DNA of 41,114 nt from Halocafeteria seosinensis (lineage: Eukaryota). The stretch lies in assembly GCA_001687465.1 (NCBI GenBank), contig LVLI01000588.1:1-41114 (forward strand), in the 5' to 3' direction. A program made the translations under genes and the position numbers. Position 1 is the stretch's first letter. Every line of letters begins with the position of its first letter. This document shows, in pieces, positions 13,197 to 26,875 of this stretch. A model generated the notes under the pieces. That model made no database searches, had not been told where the DNA came from, and saw only the letters and a list, made by a program, of their open reading frames with translations.

Positions 13197-14977
13197 ATGC
13201 CCCCAGCCAAGAAGAAGACCTCCTCCCCCGAGACCTTATCTCAGCTCCAGGAGGCCGACGAAGGCTCATCGTCCGCTCCGTCCGTACATGCTAGCTCCTC
13301 CAAACGCGTCTATGGTGTCCCCTATCAGGAAGATACACTGCAAAAGCTATTCAATGGAAAACTGAGACGCTGGCTACGCTATGAGTTCTGCTACTCCTCG
13401 TTGGAACGATGCTATTTTGCAGTGAATGAATTCGAAGGACTACTTCAACAAAAGATGAACATGCCTCTTCCTGTGCATTTGTCCAGGCGAGAGTGGGCCG
13501 CCATTCGAAAAGCCATGGGAACGCGCAAGGGTCCCCGCCGACTGAGCAAGGCTTACTTGAAAAATGAGCGGGAATATCTTCATGAAGAGAAGGAAAATAT
13601 ACGCTCTTTACAAAGAGGGGAGACGATGGCATACCATGCGACTTTGGCAACACCAGTACCCTGTCCATTACAAGTGGGTATGCTGGTGACGGCCGTACAC
13701 CCGGTGACAAAATGCGTAAGTTCTCTGTCTGATATGGCCAATCCAGTTGTTAAGCGCGACATTTCTCTTTCTCTTCCTTTTCGTTGTTTCGGATGATGCA
13801 GCTAGAGAAGGGAAAGATCCGTTCTATTGATGCCCAGAGTACCAAACTATCCCTCACGTTTCAGAGTTCTCCCTCGGTTACTCATAGCGTGGACGAAGCA
13901 GATATATTCCCTCATGGATACCTACCACTACTCTACGTACCAAGTGAACCTGTTCGAAGCTGTACCAATGGTTTAATTGAATATAGTCAAGGTGATGGAT
14001 GTGCCCTGTCACGGTGGGCGCTAGGAAATAAAAACATCAGCGCTATGCAATATTTACGACCCCTGGAAAGCATCAAGTACTGCTCATCCGAAGGCGCAGA
14101 GCAGCAAAATTCAGCACAGAGCAGTGATCGGAAAATGGTGTACTACAATTTGTTAAGGAAGATGGCTATATCCACTGCTACCCAATTCGAACAATTACTA
14201 GAACAGAAACGGATTTTATTGAGGTCATGCTCGGAGCTTCGACAAAAAGCGGAGCAAGACGATCCTGCAGAAAGAAGGGAGAAATATCATACCTCTATAG
14301 CATGGTTGTTACTTTGTATGGACATAATCGATTCCCGTTTGGAGAGTGTAGAGATGAGCAAATCGAAGATAATGGATTTACAAAATGAATTGCAACTGAA
14401 TGACGTTTCTGACTGTCATACTTCGTCGACTTTGGATTCGTGGCAAAACGCCAAGGTAGAAGCGCTGATTGCTTCAAGCCGATGGTCCGCCACAAAAGCA
14501 ATCCCAGATGTGGTGCATCAGATCGCCGTAAGTGCAATGGTCGCAGCTAGTGCTTGTAGTTAGATACAATTTCTTAATACTCAAGACAAGCGTTTGCAGA
14601 ACGGAGACTGGCAACTGCAGGACTCTGACTCAAACGAGTTAGATAAACCAATGCTAAGCAGATTGTGTGCATCATGTCAGAGGTGTTCTAAAGACTTGTC
14701 GACATCAACGACTATTTTATTTTTGGTAAGTTCCTGCGAGGCCCTGTTCGTTTTCTTGACTAGAGTAACAAGTATATGTAAACGATCGCAGTTACTACAA
14801 TCCACGAGATGGTGCACGAATGCTGAAGAAGTGGAACTATCGTTGAATACATTGGTCGAACGCCTAAAACCGCGATACTCTTCGAATTTACCGATTTATC
14901 AGGAATTGCAAACTTACAAGAATATAGTGCTCCAGCATTTCCTCCCTCTCTCCGTTGATCGGCAAGACCCTCAATAA
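13197..14977 (+). CDS. LIN9: LIN9/ALWAYS EARLY-like DIRP-domain protein (DREAM/MuvB subunit)
   Basis: DIRP motif RRWLRYEFCYSSLE...LSRREWAAIRKAMG...PRRLSKAYLKNERE, then PLQVGMLVTAVHP. Inferred exons 13197-13715, 13802-14527, 14600-14725, 14792-14977. Confidence 0.85.
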
Positions 14978-15075
14978 TTCAGAATATACAGGTGCCTCTA
15001 ATTCGAGTAGTGCTATGCCTACGATTGCGGTAGGTAGGTACGTTATGTGGTTACGAGCATCGTATATTTTACTTC

Positions 15076-15861
15076 TTATCGAGGACATCGCTCCAACCAT
15101 TGTTGATAGTTGAACTCTCGAGGATACTGATTGAAAGTCTCTACCCATTTCGGTTCTTCAAGGTATGCAAACCTTAAGAGCCGTAGCATTGTATTGGCAT
15201 CTTCCTTGGTTAAATGAGCAGAAAAGTCTCCTCGTACAAGTACAAGCTGTTTGCGCGAAATTAGTTCGTCATAGCATGTCACAGCAAAATATGGCTCTGC
15301 GGCGGAAGGGTTCCGTCGATAATCTTCTAAGTATGTAAAAATACAGTATCTGTCTTGAAATTGTGAGAGCAACAAGAAAAACTTGTCTTCCTCTTTAAAC
15401 ACTGGAAAAATGAAGAAAGGACTGCAAGGAATCAAATAATACCGACGATATTAACTCACACACTGTTGGTTTGTGCTCACATACTTTTGTCGTGCTCGTT
15501 CTTTGAGCAGGTTAAATTCTCCTTCTTCGAACGTGGTAGCCACTGAATCATTTCGCTCTTCGTGGAACTTGTTCCAAATCTCCTTGATCGTCTCTGGTGG
15601 CTCACGTTCAATCAATGCATATTTCACGATTTGGTCCAATCGGCGTGGGGCTGGGAATGAGAATCCTGGCATATATTTCGCGTTCTGTGTCAAATAAGGG
15701 TGCTGCGACTCGTTCGTCACGATGCTGTGTCCTCCATCACTAGAACCACTCGAGAAAACTCGGGAACTAGCTCCCGTATATGGTGTATAATGAAGTTGCC
15801 TCGGCGTCCTTGCTACCGAAGACAGCACTCGGTTCACAGTATATCGTCCTATTCGTTCCAT
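15076..15861 (-). CDS. ATP11: Mitochondrial F1-ATPase assembly factor ATP11/ATPAF1
   Basis: Motifs LDQIVK...IKEIWNKFH and PFFIFPV...SQFQ...FTYLEDY...LVLVRGD; Arg/Ser-rich presequence. Exons 15861-15485 and 15421-15076. Confidence 0.9.
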
Positions 15862-16128
15862 TATTTTTGTATTGTGACAACGCACGCAAGTGGGTAAGAA
15901 TACATACCATATACTATCCGATCAAAGTACAAACGTATCAGAATCGCTAACTATAGCCTATACAGTTGGTTGCAATTTGCATAGCTCCCGATCGAGCAAT
16001 CAAAACGTTCACTTTACACTTATTCACTCTGGAGTATCTAGTTCAGCAAAGTTTAGCTGTCCTTGACGAGTGAGAGAAGAGTGTAAAACAGGGATTTTAA
16101 TTAGAGAGTCTCTTTTCTACAAAACAAC

Positions 16129-18315
16129 ATGGGCAAGGCAAAAAAATCGAAAGCAACGCAGCGACAACAGCGTCGTGCGGTCGCGACTGACACCCTGCCA
16201 GGGTCGAATAATGATGCCTTAGAGGACGATAATGACGACATGCTCTACGATTCCAAGGAGATGAATGGACATGCCAGTGGATCAGCTCCTAATTTTCAAG
16301 GCACGGGTGAACTCAGCATCGTCAAAGAGGTAGGTGTAGATGATGTTGAAGTTGAACTTGAGCTCATCCCCGTAACATGATTAATGCTCTATAAGGCTTC
16401 ATTCGTACCATTTTTTTTCCGATGATCGCAGCTGCAATCTACTGACTCCAAGAAGAGGGGCATGGCATGCACCTCCTTGGCTGGAATCTTTGGGGACCAG
16501 TCTGACCAAGACACGCTGGAGTACGCTGTGAAGCAGTTCCTGGCTGCGGATGGATTAAAGCATCTAGTGGCTCGTATCGCGGATCAAGACGAGCTCATTC
16601 GCAAGGAAGCCATAGGAGCATTACGGTACGTTTGCCTCACTTGTCGGGGTACAATGATATCGTCCACTGTTTATAAGATATTGTGTTACAGCAACATTGC
16701 GCTGATTGATGAGACAAAGTATTGCGACATACTGGTCAAAGAGGACACTGCCACTCCTCTCTTGGCATTAGTCAACGAGGTAAGGCGACTCAGTCTATGT
16801 TGTGCATCTTTAGGTAATTACCGCATGAACATCTCTTACATATCCTTCGTTCAGGTTCTCAAGCAAGGTACTCAGCCAGCGTCCGTAACTCAGGAATGTG
16901 CAATGGAAGCAATTTCACTACTCAACCTGTTAATCGATAACTGCCCACGTTGTCTAGACTATGTCAATCGCGATGAACTGTTCATCTCTTTAATGAGAGT
17001 GAACCAGAGTGAAGACCACTGGATATTCATGAACTTGCAGCATCTAGAGGCATGGAGCCAGCTGTTATACTCCATTGCCGAAGATAATCCCGTTTCCGGA
17101 AATAAGCTAAGACAGGAGCGCACGCTTGGGCTCTCACTTTTGCGTACAGCTGTGTGGATACCAAAGGCCATCGACAGGACCCAAGATAAGCAAGAACGGT
17201 TGTATTTATTCAGGGCCGGTTTGAATCTGCTCAACGCCCTATATGCCGCTGGCGTTCTCAGCGATCAATTTATGGACTCTCAGGAAGCGGAAGAGTGTGT
17301 GCGGAGTATAAAACCTTTAGTCGAAATACCTTGTAGCATTGATCCAGTGTCTCTGCTTCTGTCGATACGCGATCAGATAAAAGAAGAAACAGAGTATCGC
17401 ACACAAACCGAGAACCCGACTACAGATGCGATCCATAGCTACGCAACCAGGACGAGAGAAATCAAGCAAGACGTCGATTCCCAAATGCGATTAGCAAGTT
17501 CCTCGTTAGAAACTCTTTGTAACCTCAGTCTTCCAGAGAATGAATCTATGTCCACAATCACAGGGTTGATGAAGTACTATGAATTCCATCGGATAAGTGG
17601 AAATTTGCTACATCAGATCGTGGAGGGTCTCTCCAAACTGGAAGATGGTCTCTTTGCTCAAGGAGCCCGCTTTGTCCAGAAAGTGTTGCAGCGATCTCTT
17701 GAGTGCATTGGAAATATGACGCAGAACTTCCCTCTTTGTGACGGTGAGACAATGCAACAGTTGTGGAATCTATATTTAGAGAGTCTACGAGCCTTCGTAC
17801 AGTCAAGCATAGTCACCGACATGTCAATTATTATTGAACGCTCCACTATTTGTGCGGGGAGCCTCTTTCAGCAAGCTTTGCAAGAGGGGAATTCATTGGT
17901 AATTTCGGACGAACAAGTGGAATCAATCTTCCAGGTTTCCGACTTCGTACTCAGAAATGAGCCTGAAAAATTCGGAGACGCAATCTGCATGCTTCCACAC
18001 CTCATCGGTGCTCTGCTTCAGGCTAGAAAAGAGAGTCACATAGCTCAAAGGGTTTCCGATGAGCTGCTGCGTTATTACGGCTTAAGAGATCCGAAAGTAC
18101 TCGCTGAGCTATGTGATACCCTATTTGACATATTTTGCGATGAATCGTACGACGCCATATATAAAAGCGCCGGTTGGCAGGAAAAGTGCCGAGACATTGG
18201 GAACGTTCTGTCTAAGGCTGTTCAAAGTTCAGCGGAAACTGCTGACGGTATTACTGAGCATATGCAAGAAGTATGCGAGAATCTCGTTCGTTTCCTGGAA
18301 TATAAGGGGCCATGA
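16129..18315 (+). CDS. HEATR3: HEAT repeat-containing protein 3 / Syo1-like (5S RNP import adaptor)
   Basis: Basic N-terminus MGKAKKSK; LQSTDSKKRGMACTSLA; EAIGALRN after splicing; C-terminal DTLFDIFCDE...NLVRFLEYK. Introns at 16330-16431, 16626-16691, 16780-16854. Confidence 0.8.
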
Positions 18316-18332
18316 ACTCGCCCGACGCGTCT

Positions 18333-19250
18333 TTATAGCACATCTAATTGTGACTGCACGTCATCAAACACCGCTAGAAGGTGTTGTAAGTCTCTTTCTT
18401 TCAACACAAGTTGCTGATCCTGCGAAAGACGAAATTTTGTAACTTCCCGAGGAAGGACATCGGATCCAAAGCGGGTGGAGGTCGGAGAATAACTTACTTG
18501 GCCGTCCGCGTCCGACACGGTAAAGAGAGACTCAAGACAGTCTTGGCGGGACTGCTGACTAAACAGTGATTGTAAGTCTAGCTGAACATGCGATGTGCCT
18601 GGAGTCGATGTGGTATCCTCGGATAAAGTGGATTCCATATCACGTAGTGTCTTCATAACGCTGGACCGATGTTCCACCCATTCAGCTACTATTGCCTCGC
18701 TCTGTATAAACAGCCACCTCCAAATTAAAGCAAATCACACAACGCTGCATAATGTCACTTGTCTTTTCGGTCAGAATGCTTACATATGATTGGGGTAAAC
18801 CGATTTCGCTGCATACCTCCTTCCCTGTATTTGCATTAGCATCATTGTAAGCTAATCGTTGGAGCACCACCAGAGTTCCGCGTATGGCTGCTGCTTTCTG
18901 TGTTTCTTCAATGGATTTCTCCGCGACAATCTGGTTGAGGATAGCTTGAATAGATTGCAATGGTGACATTCCTTCCTTCCCGTTGGCTGCGGTTTTGTAG
19001 CCTCGTATAGCTTTAAGCAACAAGGGCACTTTCTGGTGTTCAGGGAGTGATTCATCTTCCCTCGCTGGCTTCAGGACCTTCTGCACCAGTTGTCGAATTT
19101 CATCGTGAGTGAGAGCACCTGTGATATCTTGCACAATGTCCTCACGCCTGCAGTGCAGCAAGGAAAAACACCTTTACAAGCGTGTGTGTTATATAGAGGT
19201 AGGTGGATCTTCCTCTCTTACTTGGTGCCTGCTGCCATGGTAGATGCCAT
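18333..19250 (-). CDS. COMM domain-containing protein (COMMD10-like)
   Basis: Spliced product MASTMAAGTKREDI...IGLPQSYSEAIVAEW...LQHLLAVFDDVQSQLDVL resembles the COMMD N-terminal helices and C-terminal IQxQLDxL. Introns ~19221-19148 and 18783-18702. Confidence 0.55.
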
Positions 19251-19550
19251 TTTAGTTGCCTCCTCGTCTATCGTTGTCCCCTATTTTTCTTCCAGTCCAC
19301 AAGCGTATAATGTGCATTGACACACAACAAACGGAACCTGTAAGCAGGCTGTAACACAGGCTGTGTTCACAGCGCTCTGTATAGGTAATAGAGCCGCAGC
19401 ACTTCACACGCTGGAAGCCGGCCCGGAGGGAAGGTATTGCTGCCTGAATGCCAGCACTATTGACTGTACAGGATAGTTTTCTTGTTCGATGATTATTATT
19501 ATATTTACTACCTATCTATCTTGAATGTGGGTTTGGTTATAGAGAACACG

Positions 19551-19986
19551 ATGGCAGCCCGATTTCAACAATTTCTCCAGAGTCCTACGGGACCCAAGAC
19601 CGTCCATTTTTGGGGTATGTACGCATGCAAGGACATCATTGGCACCTTCTATACAATTGTGGTCAAATATCCAATTACTCATGCTACCACAGGACCGATA
19701 GCGAACTGGGGATTCGTCCTAGCGGTACGTCTGGGCCATGAATTCCCCAAGGATACTGCTATGAAATACTTGGAGTGTTAGTGAAGTGTTGCAGGCAATG
19801 CTTGATATGGATAAGCACCCAGACTATATTTCCACTAATATGACTGCCGTATTAACAGTATACAGCAGTTTATTCATGAGATTCGCCTGGATGGTCCGAC
19901 CAAGGAATTACTTATTACTCGCCTGTCATGCTAGCAACGCTTCAGCTCAACTCTTTCTACTACAGAAAAAACTAAGATACAAGTAA
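19551..19986 (+). CDS. MPC1: Mitochondrial pyruvate carrier subunit (MPC1-type)
   Basis: [17 protein letters not shown] and [19 protein letters not shown]. Introns 19615-19692 and 19725-19794. A GTAAGT at 19983 may lead to a short last exon. Confidence 0.9.
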
Positions 19987-20160
19987 GTACAGTCCTTTTC
20001 TTCATTCTTGTATATTTTTGGATGCGTAGCAATCTAATACTGATGTAGCGGGTGTGATCGGTGCGTGTGACTATTTTGTCGTGGGTTTGTACTCCAGCGC
20101 TAGCAAGAAAAACGAATCGATAGAAGAACAACGCCAATAGGATCTCGGAGTAGACCAAAT

Positions 20161-21886
20161 CTACTCTTGGTTCACTTCATATCCGTATTCAGCCATTACA
20201 CTCACCAAGATCTTGTTATCTAAAGTTCTTGGGGCTGTATGGTGAATATTGCTTAAGTAAATTTGCCGGGCAGCTTCTTTCCGCAATTCTATCACTTTGA
20301 TAAGCTGATTCTGCTCATCGATGGACAAGGGTTCCGTTTCAAGCCGCTTCCGAAGCCACTGAGTTTCATTGAACTCGTGTCCATACTTTCCTGCCTCCAT
20401 GGCAGCCATGATGAACTCTACACAAATCATGAGCTTTCTAGCAGTGGATGGATCCACATCAGTCGGGTTCAACGAGTCATGGGAAGCTTGATCATCAAAC
20501 GTCTGTACGTAAGCAATTAAAACATTGGTCAATACAAAGGAATCGCTTCCTTCCACCAACAATAAAGCAACACATACTTCTGAGCGGCCCTCAGCGGTAG
20601 CCTTTAGTCTCCTGTGCACACACTGTAAATATTCGTGCGACTTCTCGAGAAGGGCATCCCAAGTTCCATGGTTGGACGCTTGAGTTTGTGGCTGGTCATC
20701 AGCGGTATCTGGGAAAACGCTCTTCAATAAAAGTGTTGGTCTTCCTTGTGTTTGTGTGCCTTTAGTAATGAATCGACTCAAAACGGTATCCATGGCGTTC
20801 ACAAGCGCATAGACTTGCGATTCAGGCTCGTTTTCTGCGGCTCGAGCCTCCTCAATTTTCACGAGCATAAGCGTACTGAGTAGCATCGCATGACCAGCTA
20901 AAGGATCCCGAGATAAGGCCTTACTGAATTCCCATTTTTCGGGGGTGTGGGGGTATACAGGCATTGCTACCTCATGTAACCTATCAAAAAAATCACTGAT
21001 CTGATCACTAAACCCTCTCAAAGTATATAATACCTTTGCAGGTTCTGTGGGTCCCCGAGTTCGAGACAACTCTTTTAGGTTTTCCTGTTCAACTAGAGAG
21101 GCAAGAAATTCCGCAAAGTCTTTGCTTGAAATAGTTGGTAAAGAATGCGGCATTAGTGACGATCTGAAGGTTTGAGGCGATGCCTCTCCAGCAGCCACAG
21201 CTCGTTCATGCGAGGCTCTCTGTACTTGGAATTTCTTTACATCATCTAAAAGAATGGATCGACGAAGCTGTTGGATTCTTTTGGTCTGTTCAATTCCATC
21301 TTCTGAAACGCCACCTGTAGCCCAGCCAAAAACCACACGTTCATTGAAGTTTGTCAGATCTCAAGTCTTTCAGAACGCTACTTACCATTCTGCTCTGCTC
21401 TTCGGACTCTCACCCAAGACGGCATCCGTGAATATGCGTCTCTTTCGCGTTGCATCCATCCGTGAGCATCCTCACAAACTCGACCCACTCGGTATCCCAG
21501 AATGCCGTAAACCGTCATTGCAAGGAAATGATTCCAGGGCCGCCACATCAATGGCCGGAAGCAAAGCGAATTGAATACTAGCACCGACGATAACCCGGTC
21601 AATGTTGTCAGTGAAGCATACTGCATTGTACCACAAACAAGACGCCCCAGAACAGTGAAAAGAGGGTGAGGATACATAGCTCCCCTATAGCTTCCCTTCA
21701 CAGGAAACTACAAAAAAGGCCAAGGTATACGCGCCTCCGGGGGAACGTGGAGGACATCAACAACACAACAGATATAACATAGTGAGCACGTACAGACCAA
21801 CGTCCCCATCTTGGTTGTAAACGCCTGTCCTCTGGCTCCTGATCTGGAGGTAAAGACCATAGATTGTTGCGCTGTAGGAAGTCCAT
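20161..21886 (-). CDS. Complex I accessory subunit NDUFC2/B14.5b-like domain, apparently spliced to a ~385-aa unknown C-terminal domain
   Basis: Inferred exons 21886-21794, 21707-~21386, ~21314-20161. GLSSVLVFNSLCFRPLMWRPWNHF resembles plant B14.5b (SNALRKLPYMRHPWEH). Phase-1 GTAAGT donor and CTACAG acceptor keep the frame into ORF 20161-21336, which has no ATG start of its own near its 5' end. Confidence 0.6.
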
Positions 21887-22296
21887 AGCCTTGTCCTCTA
21901 GCAACCACTCGGGCTATAAACGTCCAAATCTCCTCTAGATGAACTCCTTTCTTCCTCAAACCTATATGAGGGTATACACATATCATATGCGTGTTCCAAT
22001 GATTACCATAGCAATGCTGGTTCAAGATCTACTTCTCCCTGCAGAGTTTTATGGGATGCTCAAACAGGTGGCACAAAAGATTGTCACCTCTACAATTTCA
22101 GCAACTTGGAAACGTGGCAGATGGCCAAGTGATACCGTTGTTCAGATCCATTATTTCAAAATTGATTTATCACATTTTGAATGTGATGCAGAATGTGGTG
22201 TTATGGGTGATGGTTTCTACCAGCAGGAGGCCAAAAGACGCCCGAGTTACATTTATGTTTGGCTAGGCTAGGTGGAATCTACTTGTACCGCAAATT

Positions 22297-25200
22297 ATGT
22301 TGAGCCATGTTCATACTTCCCCCCTTTTGTTCATTAAGTTCATTGCCTTTTTGGGAGTTTCATTTAACGCATTGTCTCAATTAGGAACCTCGAAATGGAT
22401 TTGTCCTGAGGAGGAATTGTATCTGCGTACTTCACAACATACACACTTCTTAGAAAGCTTGTCGCACAGTTACACGAGTCCGGAAGCCATGGAGCTTGCA
22501 TCGAAGAGACTGATGGAGTGTGCATGGGTGGACGAAGGCACTAGGATTATCGCCGGGATAAGGCATAGCGCATTCGCTCGAGCAACGGGAAGTGGTAAGT
22601 ACGGTGAGCAACTCGTTGAGCAACTCGTCAAGCACCATCACAAGCGACTACTAACATTGCAGAAGAAGGACTTGAAAGAGCCCTTCAAGGTTTGCATATG
22701 GTAGCACCGATGGATCCAAACCTTCTGTTGCTACAAACTCACTATTTATCTCTTAAGAGGACTGCATACCATTGGGAGCGTCATGAGGACTTACAGGAGA
22801 CGTTGCTATCAAAGGGCATAGAAAGCTCAGCAACCGCTGAGTTAAGCAGGCTACGACTTCTTCAGGAATCGTATATATTTTCCAGAGCTCTGCTGCCCCC
22901 TTTAGCTGTTTTCTTCAAGTATTCATCGAATACGTCCAATGGCGGTGGTTTTCAACTGCTCTGCCCAAATCTCACGGAACTTCGCATACCACGCCGCCCC
23001 ACCAAAGCAAGCTTTCCCTATGGGATCGATTTAGTTGATGGTATAACTGTTGGACTTGCCGAGCATTCAGATACTGCTGTAGCATTTGGAACGCACGAAG
23101 AAAGACCTTCGCTCCAATGGTCGACGTCCGGAGCCGCCGACGGCACCATGGTACAAATCGGCCATTTATCTACGGTACTCCAAATGAATGAAAGAGCAGC
23201 GTTGATGAACAGAGATTCTGAGAAAAAGATTTGTTCCTACCGGAGGTTAAAGATGTTGTCCAAAAGAGCAATGGACCAAGTCTTTGACGGAGTGCCCCTT
23301 GTTGCCAAAGAACTGCAGTATGCAACATTTTCCCTAGTAACGGAAGCCTGTGCCATACTGCCTCCGGTGTCAGCCTTGAGAACGTTCCCAACAGAGAGTT
23401 CAAAACTCCGGTTGGGATATATTTCGTTAAATTTTAAAGAGCACCCCATCGGTAGAGCTCTCTTTGGTGTTTTCGCCACTCACAATCGCCGAAGAGTAAA
23501 AATCGTCACAATCAACCTCGGATCTGTAGAAGACCAGCCCGAGGAAGAGTGGGTGCATCCAAACCGAGACCACATCGCAAAGATACCTACGCTGGAACAG
23601 TGCCACGTGTATCTCAAACGTCTAGCCGCTTGCCGAAGGTTGGTATCCAGCGAAGCCTGCGGCGACATTCGCACGCAAACTCTGCACTTATGCGCTGTGC
23701 TGACTCAATGGTCTCCACACCAAAGCGAACATCGCTCCACACAGTGCGGACAGTTAGGAGATATGCATTTAAATGTCTCGCAACGAAATCGTCTCGCTAT
23801 TGTTAGTGACGAAATGTACCAGCTTAAGTGGCGATCCGATTCAGCAAGTACTCTGCCGTTGTTCCAACAAAATTCCTCTCAACGCCACCAAGGCAACCCA
23901 GAATATCGCCGAGCTGTTCGTGACTCTTGCCAGCGGACCTCCACGTTTCATATCGCCGCTAAGGATCTAATAGAAAACCACTTTTACAGGAAGCTAGAGG
24001 CAACTACTCCGCACGATGTGATTGAGTATTTTGAATGGAATCGCTCCCAGCGATTAGATGTCCTGCTGGACCTGAGTCAGCGAGTAGATGGGTCAAGTAC
24101 TGCCAGGGCTTCCGAACTTGCCTCTATGCGGCCAGCCCCCATTGTTGTGTCATTATTAAGTGTACCGATGTCTGTATCAGACGGATGGCATGATTGGATG
24201 ATCGCAGATCGTTTTGTCCAGCCACCTGATAGGTTCGCGCAAATATCAGTTGTAACCGCGGGACACGCAAAAGGAGCTGATGACATTTTTTCATTACTTC
24301 CGGCTTCCACTGAGGGACTAATTTACTTTCCGCAAGGATATCATCCCGCAACAAAATCGCCTTTGGAGCCCGTTCGACTCGAACCCAAATTAATAGAACA
24401 ATCGTTGTCACGTTGCAGTAATGGTTCAGCAACAGTGAAGGGACGTCAGTTGGAAAACTGTTTCGCCCCAGTGGACCTTCAGGTAGTACGGAACGCAACG
24501 CTGATCACTTCGGATAAACTTCCATTCCTTAGAGAGTACCTTAAGTTGCCGCAATGTCCCTTTACACTGCGTTGTGGAGGAACAGGATATTTGGTCTTGG
24601 CTAGTGTAGTTCGGTCGAACAGAGTCTCTCCTCTCGTTGTCGCTATTTGGTTCCAGTTGATGTTGTCAGTTCCACATACGATATTATGGGCGAAACAAGT
24701 AAGCAAAAGGGGGATACGCATTAAGATAAGCAATGAGAACGGTATCGAAAAATATACTGGTTCATTTCGCAGAGTGATCAGTATGCGCAACAGAGATTCC
24801 TCGAACATGCTATGTCTTACGGGATATCGAAAGACAGGATATTCTTCTTTCCCGAAAGGTTGCCTTCATTCCAGTACTACCAAAGCTATGCCGCGATCGA
24901 CTTGATACTGGACACTCCCTTTTACAACGCACATTCTACTGCAATAGATGCACTTTGGCTAGGTAGGTCGACTGCGGTGCTCGTTGCCGACGAATTCTTA
25001 CAGACATACAGAAACAATACAAGTAATACGTGAACGCAGGTGCACCAATCCTAACATTCAGCGCTTCTTCGTTTCCGGGGAAAGTTTGCACTTCGCTCCT
25101 CATGGGTCTTGGAAAAGTCCGATATCTGGTAACATACTCGTGGAAGGAATATCTGGACGTAGCTGTCACTTTGCTGCGAAATCCACGTATTCTGAGCCAG

Positions 25201-25688
25201 CTACGCACTGATCTTCTTCAACAAGCGTGAGTACACCATCCACGAAAAGTATGGTTCCGATAAGAAAGGCGTTTTCTGTACTTGCTAGTTGCAGTACCGA
25301 TGCAGCACTGTTCAAACCGGAACTATATAGCTACGTTGTCGAAAATGCAGCCCGCGTGACTTGGGAAGTGCGTGCCTGGCAAGTTGATTTGTATAAGAGG
25401 TCCATGGGAAACCCAGATATTACGTCCTTTGGTGTATCTATATGGCGATCACGGGAAGTGTCTTCCCGTAAAAAAGAATACGCAATTGTAGGCTCCAATG
25501 GGTGGTGCAATCCACATTTCGCTTCTCCTCATGGAAGTGGAAACAGTTCACTTGATTCGAAGAGACAAATATTGTGCTATTGGATTACGCTACGTTCAAC
25601 GCAGCGTGCATACCGTCATGTTAAGTATGGTTTCATACCGTGGCACATCATAGCTGTTCCAGAACTTTTATTGAACGGTACAGTGTAA
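22297..25688 (+). CDS. Glycosyltransferase family 41 (OGT/SPINDLY-like) protein; 5' end uncertain, may start near 21939
   Basis: KLRLGYISLNFKEHPIG, RPAPIVVS, DWMIAD, IDLILDTPFYNAHSTAIDALWLGAPILT. Introns 22690-22757, 24699-24772, 24963-25039 and 25227-~25290 restore the frame. Confidence 0.85.
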
Positions 25689-26332
25689 TTGGTTGTAATG
25701 ATATTTCCAAAAAACGCGTGATACGACCTGGAGACATAGATAGAGAGAGATGACCATTCTAATGAAGGCATGTTGTTCTGGTAGCAAATAGCTAGCGCTA
25801 CAGGGGACTTGTTCATCAGAGTTGTGTTCAGTTGGGTTTGAAAGCCTTGCAGAGCAATGCAGACTAGCAGTGGTCGCAGGCAGTCGCAAGACATGCTTAC
25901 GTTTGTTGGGAGAGATTCTGCCGCGAGAAGCTTCCGGAGGTACATATTTGATAGCAGATACATCCGCCGTCATGGGACTGTAGATGCTGTGTAGAGTAGA
26001 CCTATAAGGATCGTACCGGGGACTTGTTTCACGTGCGGTGTTTGATTCGGATTACTAAAAGGACAGGCCGTCGCATCGGCGCCGCAAGAGAGTGTTGAGT
26101 TTGCTCTGTATGCCGTTTTGGGAAGGAAGAACTCCTTGGGTACTGGATTGGTGAATCAATGGAGAGTTAATTACCGCTTGCTTTCGATCTCTTTTGATAG
26201 AGGAATGGTCTATGTGTCATTGATTTATGGCGTTGAACTCAACTGAACTACATACAACTGGCGGCGCGCAAACGGGATGGGTGGCTCACTGAGCGCAACG
26301 ACATTTTAGTTTACCTGAATTTAACCAGTGAT

Positions 26333-26875
26333 ATGGATAACGAAGAAAAGCGAACTACTAGGAGACGGAAACCTCGGACACGGTCGCCTAGAAAACGAAA
26401 AAATCGAAGTAAACGGGCGAAATCAGAAGCAGCAAAGCGGAATCAGACCAAGTCCAAATCGTCCAGGAAACCTAACAGTCGCGAACTTAGCGAGATATAT
26501 GCTCAACGGGGAAGAGAAAGGAGAAGAAAACAGGTTGAAGACGATTTGAAACGATTTCAAGAGGAGATAGACAAGAAATTAGAGGAGGGTGAGGCGACTG
26601 AGCCGAAGAAGTCTTCCCCAAGAAGGGTTCCGGGGCAACCTTACCAGGTTAAAAGCTCCGTCAATGCACATGATCGACGAGAGCTATGGAAACTGGGTGC
26701 GTCATCTGTAAAGGCCCCTAAAGGATTCATAAAGAATACCTATATGCGTCCTGAGTATTCCTCGAGCATTAAACATCCCCATGCGAAGAAGAGTGCTAGT
26801 AAGGCTAGTGGCATCCGTAGCCAGGACCATCGGCACCAGACATCTTCCGTTCCAACCTCACCTAGATCTGTCTAA
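26333..26875 (+). CDS. Hypothetical Arg/Lys/Ser-rich basic protein (180 aa)
   Basis: ATG-initiated ORF in an otherwise gene-free gap, with a charged helix-like segment; no family recognised. Confidence 0.5.
   Translation: MDNEEKRTTRRRKPRTRSPRKRKNRSKRAKSEAAKRNQTKSKSSRKPNSRELSEIYAQRGRERRRKQVEDDLKRFQEEIDKKLEEGEATEPKKSSPRRVPGQPYQVKSSVNAHDRRELWKLGASSVKAPKGFIKNTYMRPEYSSSIKHPHAKKSASKASGIRSQDHRHQTSSVPTSPRSV

Noticed and set aside
25616..25973. Small minus-strand gene (MTADVSAIK...) with a GTAAGC donor
   Set aside because: No recognisable product or convincing exon chain; it could be real but is unsupported.
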